Source: Malacoraja senta (taxonomy: Eukaryota). Taken from it: a stretch of DNA of 64,000 bases. Of this stretch, positions 37,680 to 50,689 are shown piece by piece. The notes beneath the pieces were generated by a model. It saw only the letters and a program-made list of their open reading frames with translations, had not been told where the DNA came from and ran no database searches. How positions within the stretch are numbered: the stretch's first letter is position 1; each line of letters opens with the position of its first letter. Location of the stretch: contig CM076001.1 in the NCBI GenBank assembly GCA_038087875.1, positions 684,001 to 748,000 on the forward strand, written 5' to 3'. Both the position numbers and the translations under genes were made by a program.

Positions 37680-38874
37680 AACAAAAAATGAGTTGTAAAG
37701 CAAGTTGGGGTCTTCTGAGATTGTGAGGGGTGTAATATAAATGCAAATTATTTTCAAAACATCAGGTGGTGGCTCCTGAAACCAATGTGATTTACAAAAA
37801 CATTGCATTTGGAATTTTTAAATTATTGTCGAATGCATTCAGAGTCATTGGGATGTTTCACAGATGCAGATATTTATTAGAGAAAAAGAAAGTGGGAGCT
37901 GCAGAGAAAAAACTAACCATGAATTGGGGAGTGTTAGAAGACCAATTCCATCAAGTAAACTCGAGACGCCTGCATAATAAATATTACATTTAGACGGTGC
38001 ATGCATAAATATGATATGCATGAACAAGCCATGTCATTATAATAAAATGCAGTTATGTTAAAAACGCAGTTAAAAAAAAGATAAAGATTCTGGCTGGGAA
38101 CTGTCTCTAGGAAACCATAAGAGATGTGGCATGGAGTGAATGTTCCTGATAACATTGAACACTGATTGGGAAGTGACTGGTTTTGTGAAGGAGTGATTGT
38201 GTCTGTAATCACCGATTGGGGAGTGAATCTGCAACCATAGGAAACAATAACAGGAATAAGACCGGTCCTGTAATCACTGGAAAGACTGAGTCGGGAGTAG
38301 CTGAGCCTGTTATCACAGAAAACACTGGAAAGCATAATTCCATCTGTAAAAATAAGAAGCAATGCATAAGGAGAACAACTCTACATAATCAAGTTGTCGA
38401 GCTAATTGCCATCTACACAGGTATAGTGAGATACAGATAAAACAAAAATCTTCTTGCAACAGCAAGACTCAGATAGACTGAGAAAACACCCAAGAACATA
38501 AATCATACATCGTTTACACATAAATTCAACAAATCAGTGAAAAAAAAGACAACAGAAAACTAGATATTAGTGTAAAACACAATTAGAAAACAAGTCCATG
38601 GTAGTGCAAGAGGTGGTCATTAGTGCCCTGTTGCTGAGCTAGAATTAAAGTTGGTTCAAGAACCTGATAGTTGTAGGAAAGTAGTTGTTCCCAAACTTGG
38701 TGCTGTGGGTGGACTTCTGTATCCTGCCCAATGGTTTTATGTGAGAAGGGGATATGGCCTGGATGGTGGAGATCCTTGATGATAGATGTTGCATTCTCGA
38801 GGCAATAAACATCAGTTACAAAGAGTAACTCAAAGACTATTCAGGTCAACAAACATACTTATTGTTCTGACACT

Positions 38875-39602
38875 GGGTGGCGCCACGATGGCAGCCTCGC
38901 CAACAATCTGTCTGTCCTTTCGGCATTTTTTGTTATTTTTAGTGTGTTTTAAAAGTTTGTGTTAATGTTCTCTGGTTTGTTTTATGTGGGGGGTTGGGAG
39001 GGGGTCGGGGGAAACTTTTTTTCAATCTCTTACCTTGCCGGAGATGCAATTGTTTTCCGGGTCGTATCTCCAGTCGCTCTGCGGCCTAACATCATGGAGC
39101 TGAGGGCCTTGCTCGGGACTGACTTTGAGCCCCACCGTGGGGCGTGGACTTACTATCGGAGCCGATTCCTTGCCTGGGATCGACGCTCCAACCACGGCCT
39201 GCGGACTTTAACATCAAGGGCTCACAGCCTCGTGAGAGACCAAGTCGGGAGCTCCAAAACCGCATGACGTTTGACAAGCCCTGACCTGGGGCCGAACGCC
39301 CAGCAGGGGGAACTGACATCCCCCCAATGCAGGAGCTTGATCGCCCGATGTGGAGGGCCCGCCACCGGCTACGGGAGTAAGATCGTCCCGTCAACGGAAG
39401 GCTCGAGGCCCCCGACCACGGGAGAACAAAGAAGGGAAGAGATTGAACTTTCTTTCGCCTTCCATCACAGTGAGGAATGTGGAGGAGTCACTGTGGTGGA
39501 TGTTTATGTTAAAATGAATTTTGTGTGTTCTGTTGCTTTTTATTAGTATAACTGTATGGCAAATACTTGGCTAATAAAGTAAGTATGAATATGAGTATGA
39601 AT
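38875..39602 (+). mobile_element. CpG-rich non-autonomous interspersed repeat (partial copy at ~34640-34900)
   Basis: 39320-39570 is highly similar to 34644-34900; AATAAA plus (GTATGA/ATATGA)n tail. Confidence 0.65.
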
Positions 39603-39776
39603 ATTTATATCCAATCTCTTAATCACAATCAAGGAATGGATATCAGAATTATATACAAACTGAAATTCCCTCTTTTAGGTTTATAAAGTAGATCATTTTA
39701 GACTTTATAGCAGGAATTTCCCTCTAGCTGTGAAAATGGATAGAATAAACAAGTTGGATAATTGTGTTTTTTTTAA

Positions 39777-40077
39777 AGATACAGCATGGAAATGGGCCAT
39801 TCTCCCACCTAGTCCACGCCGGCCATTGATCACCCGTTCACACTAGTTCTACATTATCCCACTTTCCCTACACATTATGGAGAATTTACAGTGGCCATTA
39901 ACCTACAAACCCGCATGTCTTTGGGACATGTGAGGAAACCAGAGACCTGGAGGAATTCCATACTGTCAGAGGGGGAACGTGGAAACTCCACACAGGCAGT
40001 ACTTGACGTCAGGATGGAACCTGGGCCTCTGGAGCTGTGAGGCAGCGGCTCTATCACCTGTGCCACTGTGCTGCCCT
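39777..40077 (-). mobile_element. V-SINE (HE1-like), diverged
   Basis: Head GGGCAGCACAGTGGCACAG on the minus strand, V-domain, CR1-like tail. Confidence 0.72.
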
Positions 40078-42629
40078 AATGACAGGTTCAATGACGAAGC
40101 TGACAGGCAAAAATATAGCAGTATGTAGTGGCCGGACTGTTTGAATGGGATTTATGGCTTCATTCTATTGGAGACCTTCATTTACAAGATGGGTAGACCT
40201 TGCTTAAACCTCCTCCACCTCTTACAACCACAGATTCCAATAATGCATTAAAATGCAAGACTCTGACCTCTCAATGCTTCAATCTGCTTACTGTAGCATT
40301 CTGATCCTAGGGTTTCCTTCACTTGGATCTCACCACCATACTCTACAACCTTTAATCTGCATTCTCAGTGTTCCTACTTCCAAGAAGGTCTCCAATTATT
40401 TCCTTCCTAATTTGCCCCAAATCTTAGGAAGCTATTCCTAGTAACTTCAGATCACAAGAAATCTCCCAGCCTTTCTGTAGTCAAAATTTGAAATGCTCTC
40501 AGACTCCCAGAACCTAATTTTAAAAGAAGGTTGGACTCCAAGATCCATCCTAGTATTCCCCTGATCAATTTTAAATAACACAGTTTTATATGTATGATAA
40601 CAAATATCTGCTGTCATATCTCTCACTCACCCTAACCAATGCCACAAGGCATCTGCCATTGAAAATAAATGATGGTGATACATGATATTTGTCCCGAGTA
40701 CACAATAAATCACACAGTGGAAATCAATAAGGTTTTGGATATTGTTAATGTCATTTCATGGACAAACCAAAGATTAAAAATCTGTGCAATGGAAAAGGCC
40801 ATTCAGACTATCCACTCATTTGCCATTTAATTACATTCCAGCTGTTCTTTATTTTAATTCTAACAAAGTTAGTTCCATAACTGTTAACAACCATTGGCAT
40901 AGGGTCATGCAGTACAGACAGAGGCTCTTTGGATCACCGAGTCAATGTCAGTCATTAAGCATCCACTTGCACTAATCCCAGTTTCTTCTCCAGTGATTTT
41001 CATCAACTCACCTCAGAATCTATCATTCACCTATGCACTATGATCAATGTACAGTAGGCAACCCCCTTGTCCTAAGGGTGAGGAAGGAAACTGGAGCCCC
41101 AAGAGAAACCTATGCAATCACACGGTGAGCATACAGGTACGAACTCCACGCAGACAGGACTGAAAGTCAGGGACGAACCCTGATCACTGGAGCCTCCATC
41201 TAACACCTCTATCAAATACATAGAGAATTAACCAAGAGTAACTAATACATACAATATCAAATAAAACAGGCTCTGAGATTTTAATTTTTTTTCCTCAAGT
41301 TTTAGAAGATGTTACTTTGATTTTGAAAATGTTTTACTGCCTCTATCTTCTGAACCATAGTCCCTGAACTCTATCTTATTCCTCCTGCCAAATTCTTGAA
41401 CATATGCTGGCAGGAAAAATACAGACGTCAATTATTTCTTAATTTGCTCCTGCCTACTGTGATGGAGTAGCATGATATTCTTTTACAAAAAAGATGAATA
41501 ATCTTAAAGTTAAAATCAATTAATTAATGTATCCTGCAAATGTCGCGTTAGAAAACTCACATTGCACCCACAAATAGAGTTTTCCTCTTAATAGCTATCA
41601 CCCACTCATCACACCATTGTGGTGCTAAAGGCACATTTAATATTGCCACTGTAACATCTCAGATAATGTTCAACTTTGAAATGTTAACCCTTACTTAAGA
41701 CCACAACCTGCCTAGAGTGAGGTGCAGGTGACAAAGGGAAGCTGTTATTGACTTTAGTTGCAAAGTGAGACAAAGCATAATCAGTCAGGGAAAATTCATC
41801 TGAACACTGTTTAGGGATCAATGTAAGGCAGCACCTAAACATCATTGTTTCTCAAGGAGGGCTGTTTCCAGTCAAGGAAGATTGGTCTTTTGGTCAAGGG
41901 AAGGATGGATTATATTCAATTGTTCAGTGAAAATGAAGGAAAGCTGGAAGGAAGTGAGACAAGAACATAATAATTTATCATAAAGATAAGCACTACCTTT
42001 ATCTTGTTTTATCATACAGACTGTTTTTCTTACAGTAACTGTAGCATCAAATTTATTTCCTTCCATCCTGTTGATTTTGTGCTTTTTAAATGCTTTATCT
42101 ATTGCCACACTCACTTATTTAGCTGCATCCTACCCTAAAGTTGAACATTGCAGCGTTGAAGTGATACTAATCCTTTGTCATTTTCACGTTCTCTGTCTTT
42201 ATGTGCCAATGTTTGACGAAAAAAAAGTGGCTTAACTGTTTGCTAACAGTATCATTGCATAAATCACAGGCAACAAACTTAGCGAACTTGCAGACTTTCA
42301 GTAAAAAAACATTCACCCCAAAATCAACATAAAAGTCCAGAGAAAAATAGATTTGAAAGCCACCCATGCAAATAGTATTGCATTCTAAGAAGATCAGACA
42401 TTTCTAATATTTTTCTCTTAAATAGCTATTTTCTACCAACCTGCTGTTTCAACTAGCAAATTATCATTAGGGTGTGCATATACATTCCATCTGCTCCTCT
42501 TAATATAAATTTAGGCATTTTAAATTCTCTGCTAATTTAAGTTCTGAGCACTAATTATTTCTATTTTTTTGGCTTATTTGTGTTGTTTAATTCAAATTTG
42601 TTTTAAATTAAAATGATTTTTTACATGTT

Positions 42630-43103
42630 TTTTACGAGGATGTTGCCGAGACTAGAGGGCGTGGGCCACAGGGAGATGTTGAGTAGGCTGGGTCTCTATT
42701 GCATGGAGCGCAGGAGGATGAGGGGAGATCTTATAGAGGTATACAAAATCATGAGAGGAAAAGATCGGGTAGATGCACTGAGTCTCTTGCCCAGAGTAGG
42801 GGAATCGAGGACCAGAGGACATGGGTTCAAGGTGAAGGGAAAAAGATTTAATAGGAATCCGAGGAGTAACTTTTTCACACAAAGGGTGGTGGGTGTATGG
42901 AACAAGCTGCCAGAGTAGGTAGTTGAGGCTTGGACTCATTTAAGAAACAATTAAACAGGTACATGGATTGGACAGGTTTGGAGGGATATGGACCAAGCTC
43001 AGGCAAGTGGGACTAGTGTAGCTGGGACATTGTTGGCCGGTGTGGGTGAGTTGAGCCGAAGGGCCTGTTTCCATACTGTATCACTCTATGACTATGACTA
43101 TGA
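42630..43103 (+). mobile_element. CR1 3' fragment with (CTATGA)n tail
   Basis: FTRMLPRLEG...RRMRGDLIEVYKIMRG...FFTQRVVGVWNKLPE. Confidence 0.92.
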
Positions 43104-43527
43104 CATGCAACTGCACACTAATTAACTGTATATATATATATACACACACACACATACACACACAAGGATGTAAAAAAATTGAGCAGCATGTGTAATATGT
43201 ATCGTCCTTACTCATTTTTTGCAATTGTCAAAAATATAAAAACAATAGTTTTGTGTTCCAGTAAAGCGAGCAGGTTATTAATAGCATCACTATGATCTAG
43301 GAGTTGATGTTTGGCAACACAATGTGCTCCTGAATGGAAAACTAATAACAATTGAATATCTCCCTCCACTCTCTTTCAGGATCTAAAACCACCCACAGTA
43401 AAGCTAGAAACAAAGACCATTGGATCATTGTTAGACAGAACATAAAGATTACATGGAGAGGGTTAGCTAACTGGATACAGAATTGGCTAATGATAGGAAA
43501 CAGAGGGTGGTGATGAGAGGTTGTCTC

Positions 43528-43664
43528 TTCTTCTTCTTTCGTGTGGCGTGCACAGCCTAAAGTTGTTGGACAACTTGTTCTATTTGATCTTCCGTTTGTG
43601 CATGTCGAGTTGATTGCATTAGTCAAACAGGGCGGACCACGTGAAGGTTGCAATCTTCCACCCC
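43528..43664 (-). mobile_element. 137-bp short retroposon with 5' HDV-like ribozyme and (GAA)n tail
   Basis: Perfect 12-bp TSD AGAGGTTGTCTC (43516-43527, 43665-43676); sense 3' end ...GCCACACGAAAGAAGAAGAA. Confidence 0.9.
43612..43664 (-). ncRNA. Minimal HDV/CPEB3-like self-cleaving ribozyme (P4 essentially absent)
   Basis: Sense GGGGUGG-AA-GAUUGCA-ACC-UUCACGU-GGU-CCGCCCU-G-UUUGA-CUAA-UGCAAUC: P1 7 bp with G1-U wobble, P2 7 bp, P3 3 bp, 7-nt L3, J4/2 CUAA with candidate catalytic C (43622). Confidence 0.88.
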
Positions 43665-46621
43665 AGAGGTTGTCTCCTTGGACTGGGAGTCTGCGAATAA
43701 TGGTGTGCTCCAGGAATCAGTGCTGGGCCCATTCCTGTTTGTCATCTTTATCAACGATTTGGGTGAGAATGTGCAGGGCATGAGAAGTAAGTTTGCAAAT
43801 GGCACTAAAATAGGCTTGGAGATGGTTATGAAGAATTACAGCAAATTCTCAATCAGCTGGGCAAGAGGGCCAAAGAACGTCAAATGGAGTATGATTCAGA
43901 AAAGTGTGAGGAGTCACGGGAAATCAAACCAGGGCAGGACGCGCACAGTAAATGATAGGGCTCTGGGGAGAGTAGAACACAGGAAACTAAGAGTACAAGC
44001 ACATCATTGCCTGGAAGTGGCATCTTAGACAGATAGAGTTGTGAAGAAAGCTTTTGGCTTGCTGGCCTTCATCAATCAAGGAATTGAGTATAGATGTTGG
44101 AACATTATGTTATAGTTGTATAAGATGTTGGTGAGGCCACACTTGGAGTATTGGATATGGTTTTGGTCACCCTGCTACAGGAAAAGTGCAATTAAGCTGG
44201 AAAGATTACAGAGACGTTGCCTGGAATCAAAGGCCTGGGCAGCAGGGAGAGGTTGAGCTGGCTATAACTAGAGCGAAGGAGGCTGAAGGGTGATGTTAGA
44301 AAGGTGTATAAACTCATGAGGGGAATAGATAGGGTGAATGCACAGAGTCTTGTTCCCAGGATAGGGGAATAAAGAACTAGAGGATATAAGTTAAGAGAAA
44401 TACGATTTAATAGAAACCCGAGGGATAATGTTTTCGCACACAGAGTGGTGGGTATATGGAACTAGCTGTCAGATGAAGTAGTTGAGGCAGTATCTTAACA
44501 GTTAAAAGAAATTTGGACAGGTACATAGATAGGAAAGGTTTAGAAAGGTATGGGTCATATGAGACTATGTTGGATGGAGTGTCTTAGTCAACATGGATGA
44601 TTTGAGCTGAAGGGCTTGCTATATGAAGCTAGAACTAGACCCATAATATGTTGCCCCAATCATGAGGTCTGGCACAGAGTTTCCACATGAAATATTAACA
44701 AATTATTTATTAGACAACCAAATGTTGTTTTGCCTTATTTACACTTGGGTTATTTAATATCTTTATGTTCTGCTGCAGAATAAGGCAACAAATAGTCCTT
44801 AGCAATAGGGGGGAAAAAATGCATTATCTTGTTTCATTCAGTTTACAAAAAGTTGCAGGTCCAATCAGAAGCTGAAATCGAGCCTTTAATTTGTCTGCAA
44901 AGAACTACGGGCTAGGCAAATCTTTTAAAATCTAGAAACTTTCAGCAAGTCAGGCAGCATCTGTGGAAAGAGATACAGGATTAACATTTCAGGATGTCAA
45001 GATTAAGTCAGAACTTGGACCTGAACTCTGTTTCTATATCCACAGATGATATCTGGCCTGCTGAGTATTCCAGCATTTGTTATCTTTATTTCAGATTTCC
45101 TGCATCTACAGGTTTTTTTTAAATTTTCATTGAAGGTTCAGTTGTAAATGAAGGTATAAGGTAAGCAAGGCTTAACAATTCCATTGCTGATAAAGTCACT
45201 CAGATCGTACCAGTGACATGAAGACTTTCAACATGCTTATGAAAACATGTTGCTCTGATTAAAGAGGTTGCCAGGCAACTTCACTGTCTTTCCCTGAAAA
45301 GATCCTTTTAGTTTGCTTTGCATTCCGAGACAGAATGAGTCAATTAGCTGCTGATTCGTTATGTGCATACCTTTGCCTCACGCCAGCAGTTTAAGGATGT
45401 TCAAAGAAAAATGTACTGAGAGTATTTTTAAATGTTCTTTTGTCAGCACCTATTCCAGTTCACTCCGATGAATATAAATGTGTCATTTTAGTGCATAACA
45501 CAACCAATATCCATTCATGTGGGTGTGTGGATATCATATAACTAATACTTTTCAGAAGTTCATTTTGGAAACGAGAAATCAAATCTATAATAATAAAAAA
45601 GTTACTTGAATCAATTTTCTTTCAAAGTAAAAATAAAGTTGGATGTGCGTCATTGATGCAGATTCACAATGCATTAAAGTTAAGCAGGCCTCATCATCCT
45701 TTTCCCTAAATCCTCTGTTATTCTAGAAAATAAAATGCTGGAGGAATTCAGCAGGTCAGGTAGCATCTGTGGAAGAAAATGGAAAACAACTCGTAAGGTC
45801 AGGACTTCCCTCCCAATAGTTTGTATTTCACTCTTGATTCCAGCAGTCTCTTGTTCATTTTACTCTATTCTATTCTATTAAACTTAGCTTCATTTCATTG
45901 CTTAGCTTCTTCTCATTGGTGTGGTGAAAATCCTTAAAAATTGCTTATATGGTTTAGGTTTTGGTCACACTTAAATATTTCAGTCTTTTGCCTGGGCAAT
46001 CAGTTGTATGATTATGTTCCTGGGAAGTGATTTCATATTTTATCTTGTTGAAGTATAACATAAGTGAAAATGATTAATGCTACAAACTAAATTAAGTAGA
46101 ATTGTGAATAATATTTAAATGTCATAATGATTAAGTGAATGAAATTTGGGAAAGTAGTTAGTTGGGGTATATCACCATAGGGTGAAACTCAGAAAGGCCC
46201 CAACCTGAAATGTCACCTACCCATGTTCTGCCTGACCTGCTGAGTTACTCCAGCACTTTGTGTCCTTTATAGGATGAAACGCATTGGTTAATACCAATGT
46301 CTGCAAGTAGCTGGGAGTGAGGAATCTCCGAGCACGAGCTGTCAAATGTGATGGTCCTGAAATTGGCCTGCTTAAGGAGCTAAGCAGTGGAGCGCAGTCT
46401 TGTTGGAGTTTCCCAGCATGACACCGGTGAATTGCCTCTCAAACCCTGTGCCAGGATAGAGCAATTGCGTGAGCTGCGAGCCTAATGATTTCAATGGGCT
46501 CGTAGGGCAAAAGTACAGGTATTTTGTGGACAAACTTTATTTCTACATTTAAGATTGACTTTAGACCTTGAACCAGCTCAGCCATTCATAAAGATCATAT
46601 GCATCACTCATGCACAAAGAT

Positions 46622-47617
46622 GACAAAAATGCTAGAGAAGCTCAGCGGGTGAGGCAGCATCTATGGAGCGAAGGAATAGGTGACGTTTCGGGTCGAGACC
46701 CTTCTTCAGACTGATGTGGGGATGGGGGGGCGGGGGCGGGAAGAAGAAAGGAAGAGACAGAGATAGTTGGCAGTGGGAGAGCTGGGAACGGGAGGGGAAG
46801 GAGGGAGAAAGCAAGGACTACCTGAAATTGGAGAAATCAATGTTCATACCACTGGGGTGTAAACTACCCAAGCGAAATATGAGGTGCTGATCCTCCAATT
46901 TGCGGTGGAACTCACTCTGGCCATGGAGGAGGCCCAGGACAGAATGGTCAGATTTGGAATGGGAGGGGAGTTGAAGTGCTGAGTCACCGGGAGATCAGGT
47001 TGGTTAATGCGAACTGTGCGGAGGTGTTGGGCGACGCGATCGCCAAGCCTACGCTTGGTCTCACCGATGTAGAGCAGTTGACAGCTAGAGCAGCGGATGC
47101 AATAGATGAGGTTGGAGGAGGTGCAGATGAATCTCTGCCTCACCTGGAAAGACTGTTTGGTTCCTTGGATGGAGTCAAGGGGGGAGGTAAAGCGACAAGT
47201 GTAGCATTTCCTGCGGTTGCAAGGAAAATACCAGGGAAGGGGGTGGTTTGGGGGTGAAGGCGCAAATTGACCAAGAAGTTACGGAGGGAGCTGTCTCTGT
47301 GGAAAGCCGAAAGGGCAGGAGATGGGAAGATGTGGCCAGTGGTCGGATCCCGTTGGAGGTGGCGAAAATGTTGGAGGATTATCTGTTGTATGTGACAGCT
47401 GGTAAGGTGGAAGGTTAGGCCAAGGGGGACTCTGTCCTTGTTACGAGTGGGGGGATGGGGAGTGAGAGCGGAGCTATGGGATATAGAGGAGACCTTGGTG
47501 AGAGCCTCATCTATAGTCGAAGAGGGGAACCCCCGTTCCCTAATGAATGAGGACATCTCCGTTGCCCTGGTTTGGAACACCTCATCCTGGGGGCAGATGC
47601 GGCGTAGACGGAGGAAA
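46622..47617 (-). mobile_element. Penelope-like element 3' part (RT C-terminal linker, GIY-YIG, terminal repeat); continues at 52029-52095
   Basis: FLRLRRICPQDEVF...; QRFICTSSNLIYCIRCSSCQLLYIGETKRRLGDR; terminal repeat with CTGAAGAAGGGTCTCGACCCGAAACGTC. Confidence 0.92.
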
Positions 47618-47708
47618 CATAGAAACATAGAAAATAGGTGCAGAAGTAGGCCATTCGGCCCTTCGAGCCTGCACCGCCATTTGTTATGATCATGGCTGAT
47701 CATCCAAC

Positions 47709-50530
47709 TCAGTATCTCATCCCTGCCTTCTCTCCATACCCCCTGATCCCTTTAGCCACAAGGGCCACATCTAACTCCCTCCTAAATATAGCCAATGAAC
47801 TGGCCTCAACTACTTTCTGTGGCAGAGAATTCCACAGATTCACCACTCTCTGTGTAAAAAATGATTTCCTCATCTCGGACCTAAAAGTCTTCCCTCTTAT
47901 CCTTAAACTGTGACCCCCTAGTTCTGGACTTCCCCAACATCGGGAATAATCTTCCTGCATCTAGCCTGTCCAACCCCTTAAGAATTTTGTAAGTTTCTAT
48001 AAGATCCCCGCACAGTCTTCTGAATTCCAACGGGTACAAGCCGAGTCTATCCAGTCTTTCCTCATATGAAAGTCCTGCCATCCCAGGAATCAGTCTGGTG
48101 AACCTTCTCTGCACTCCCTCTATGGCAAGAATGTCTTTCCTCAGATTAGGAGACCAAAACTGTACGCAATACTCCAGGTGTGGTCTCACCAAGACCCTGT
48201 ACAACTGCAGTAGAACCTCCCTGCTCTTATACTCAAATCCTTTTGTTATGAATGCTAACATACCATTTGCTTTCTTCACTGCCTGCTGCACCTGCATTCC
48301 TACTTTCAATGACTGGTGCACCATGACACCCAGGTCTCATTGCATCTCCCCTTTTCCTAATCGGCCACCATTCAGATAATAGTCTACTTTCCTGTTTTTG
48401 CCACCAAAGTGGATAACCTCACATTTATCCACATTATACTGCATCTGCCATGCCTTTGCCCACTCACCCAACCTATCCAAGTCACCTTGCAGCCTCCTAG
48501 CATCCTCCTCACAGCTAACACTGCCCCCCAGCTTCGTGTCATCTGCAAACTTGGAGAAGTTGCATTCAATTCCCTCATCCAGCTCATTCATATATATTGT
48601 AAATGGCTGGGGTCCCAGCACTGAGCCTTGTGGTACCCCACTAGTCACTGCCTGCCATTCTGAAAATGACCCGTTTACTCCTATTCTTTGCTTCCTGTCT
48701 GCCAGCCAGTTCTCTATCCACATGAATACTGAACCCCCAATACCATGTGCTGTACATTTGTATGCTAATCTCTTATGTGGGACCTTGTCGAAAGCCTTCT
48801 GAAAGTCCAGATACAACACATCCACTCTATCCATCCCTTATCCACTCTACTAGTTACATCCTCGAAAAATTCTATAAGATTCGTCAGACATGATTTACCT
48901 TTCATAAATCCATGCTGACTTTGTCCAATGAACTCACCACTTTCCAAATGTGCTGCTATCCCATCTTTAATAACTGACTCCAGAATTTCCCCCACCACCG
49001 ATGTTAGACTAACTGGTCTGTAATTCCCCATTTTCTCTCTCCCTCCCTTTTTAAAAAGTGGGGTTACATTAGCTACCCTCCAGTCCTCAGGAACTACTCC
49101 AGAATCTAAAGAGTTTTGAAAAATTATCACTAATGCATCCACTATTTCTGCGGCTACTTCCTTAAGTACTCTGGGATGCAACTTATCCGGCCCTGGGGAT
49201 TTATTGGTCTTTAATCCATTGAATTTACCTAACACCACTTCCCGGCTAACCTGGATTTCACTCAGTTCCTCCATCTCATTTAACCCCCGGTCCATTGCTA
49301 TTTCCGGCAGATTATTTATGTCTTCCTTAGTGAAGACAGAACCAAAGTCATTATTCAATTGGTCTGCCATGTCCTTGTTCCCCATGATCAATTTGCCTGT
49401 TTCTGACTGCAAGGGACCTACATTTGTTTGAACTAATCTTTTCCTCTTGACATATCTATAAAAACTTTTGCAGTCAGTTTTTATGTTCCCTGCCAGTTTT
49501 CTTTCATAATCTATTTTCCCTTTCCTAATTAAGCCTTTTGTCCTCCTCTGCTGGACTCTGAATTTCTCCCAGTCCTCTGGTAGGCTGCTTGTTCTGGCTA
49601 ATTTGTAGGCTTCCTCTTTTGTTTTGATACTATCCCTGATTTCCCTTGTTATCCACGGATGCACTACCTTCCCTGATTTATTCTTTTGCCAAACTGGGAT
49701 GAACACTTGTTGTAGTTCATCCATGCAGTTTTTAAATGCCTTCCATTGCATATCCACCGTCAACCCTTTAAGAATTATTGGCCAGTCTATCTTGGCCAAT
49801 TCACGTCTCATACCCTCAAAGTCACCTTTCTTTAAGTTCAGGACTTTTGTTTCTGAATTAACAATGTCACTCTCCATCCTAATGAAGAACTCAACCATAT
49901 TATGGTCACTCTTGCTCAAGGGGGCACGCACAACAAGACTGCTAACTAACCCTTCCTCATTACTCAATACCCAGTCTAGAATAGCCTGCTCTCTCGTTGG
50001 TTCTTCTACATGTTGGTTTAGAAAACTATCCCACATACATTCCAAGAAATCCTCTTCCTCAGCACCCCTGCCAATTTGATTCACCCAATCTATATGTAGA
50101 TTGAAGTCACCCATTATAATAGTTTTACCTTTGTTGCACGCGTTTCTAATTTCCTATTTGATGCCATCCCCAACTCCACTACTACTGTTAGGTGGCCGGT
50201 ACACCACTCCCACTAGCGTTTTCTGCCCCTTAGTGTTTCGCAGCTCAACCCATATTGATTCCACATCCTCCAAGCTAATGTCCTTCCTTTCTATTGCGTT
50301 AATCTCCTCTCTAACCAGCAACGCTACCCCGCCTCCTTTTCCTTTCTGTCTATCCCTCCTGAATATTGAATATACCTGAATGTTCAGCTCCCAGCCTTGG
50401 TCACCCTGGAGCCATGTCTCCGTGATCCCAACTATATCATATTCATTAATAACAATCTGCACATTCAACTCATCCACCTTATTACAAATGCTCCTTGCAT
50501 TAACATACAAAGCCTTCAGGCTTGTCTTTA
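47709..50530 (-). pseudogene. CR1 ORF2 (APE endonuclease + reverse transcriptase), frameshifted
   Basis: YVNARSI...VGITETWL, MGDFN, ILDWVLSN...SDHN, YLDFQKAFDKVPH, GVPQGSVLGP and FADD, spread over five ORF pieces. Confidence 0.93.
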
Positions 50531-50689
50531 CAACACTCTTACCCCTTATACAATTATGTTGAAAAGTGGCCCTTTTTGATTTTTGCCCTGGTTTTGTCTG
50601 CCTGCCACTTTTCACCTTGCTACCTATTGCTTCTACCCTCATTTTACACCCCCTTGCCTCTCTGCGCTTGCACCCATCCCCCTGCCACA

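Larger units (their letters stand above)
43420..44620 (+). mobile_element. Degenerate CR1 ORF2 (RT to 3' end), host of the ribozyme-headed SINE
   Basis: GVLQESVLGPFLFVIFINDL...SKFANGTKIG; TATAAGATGTTGGTGAGGCCACACTTGGAGTATTG. Confidence 0.85.

Noticed and set aside
37934..38440. 142-aa minus-strand ORF with a possible acceptor near 38343, and an overlapping 74-aa plus-strand ORF
   Set aside because: No recognisable domain or partner exons; cannot be supported without transcript or homology data.
17535..40077. tRNA-like A/B boxes as tRNA genes
   Set aside because: Each is the head of a V-SINE followed by the V-domain and CR1-like tail; no intact cloverleaf was seen.
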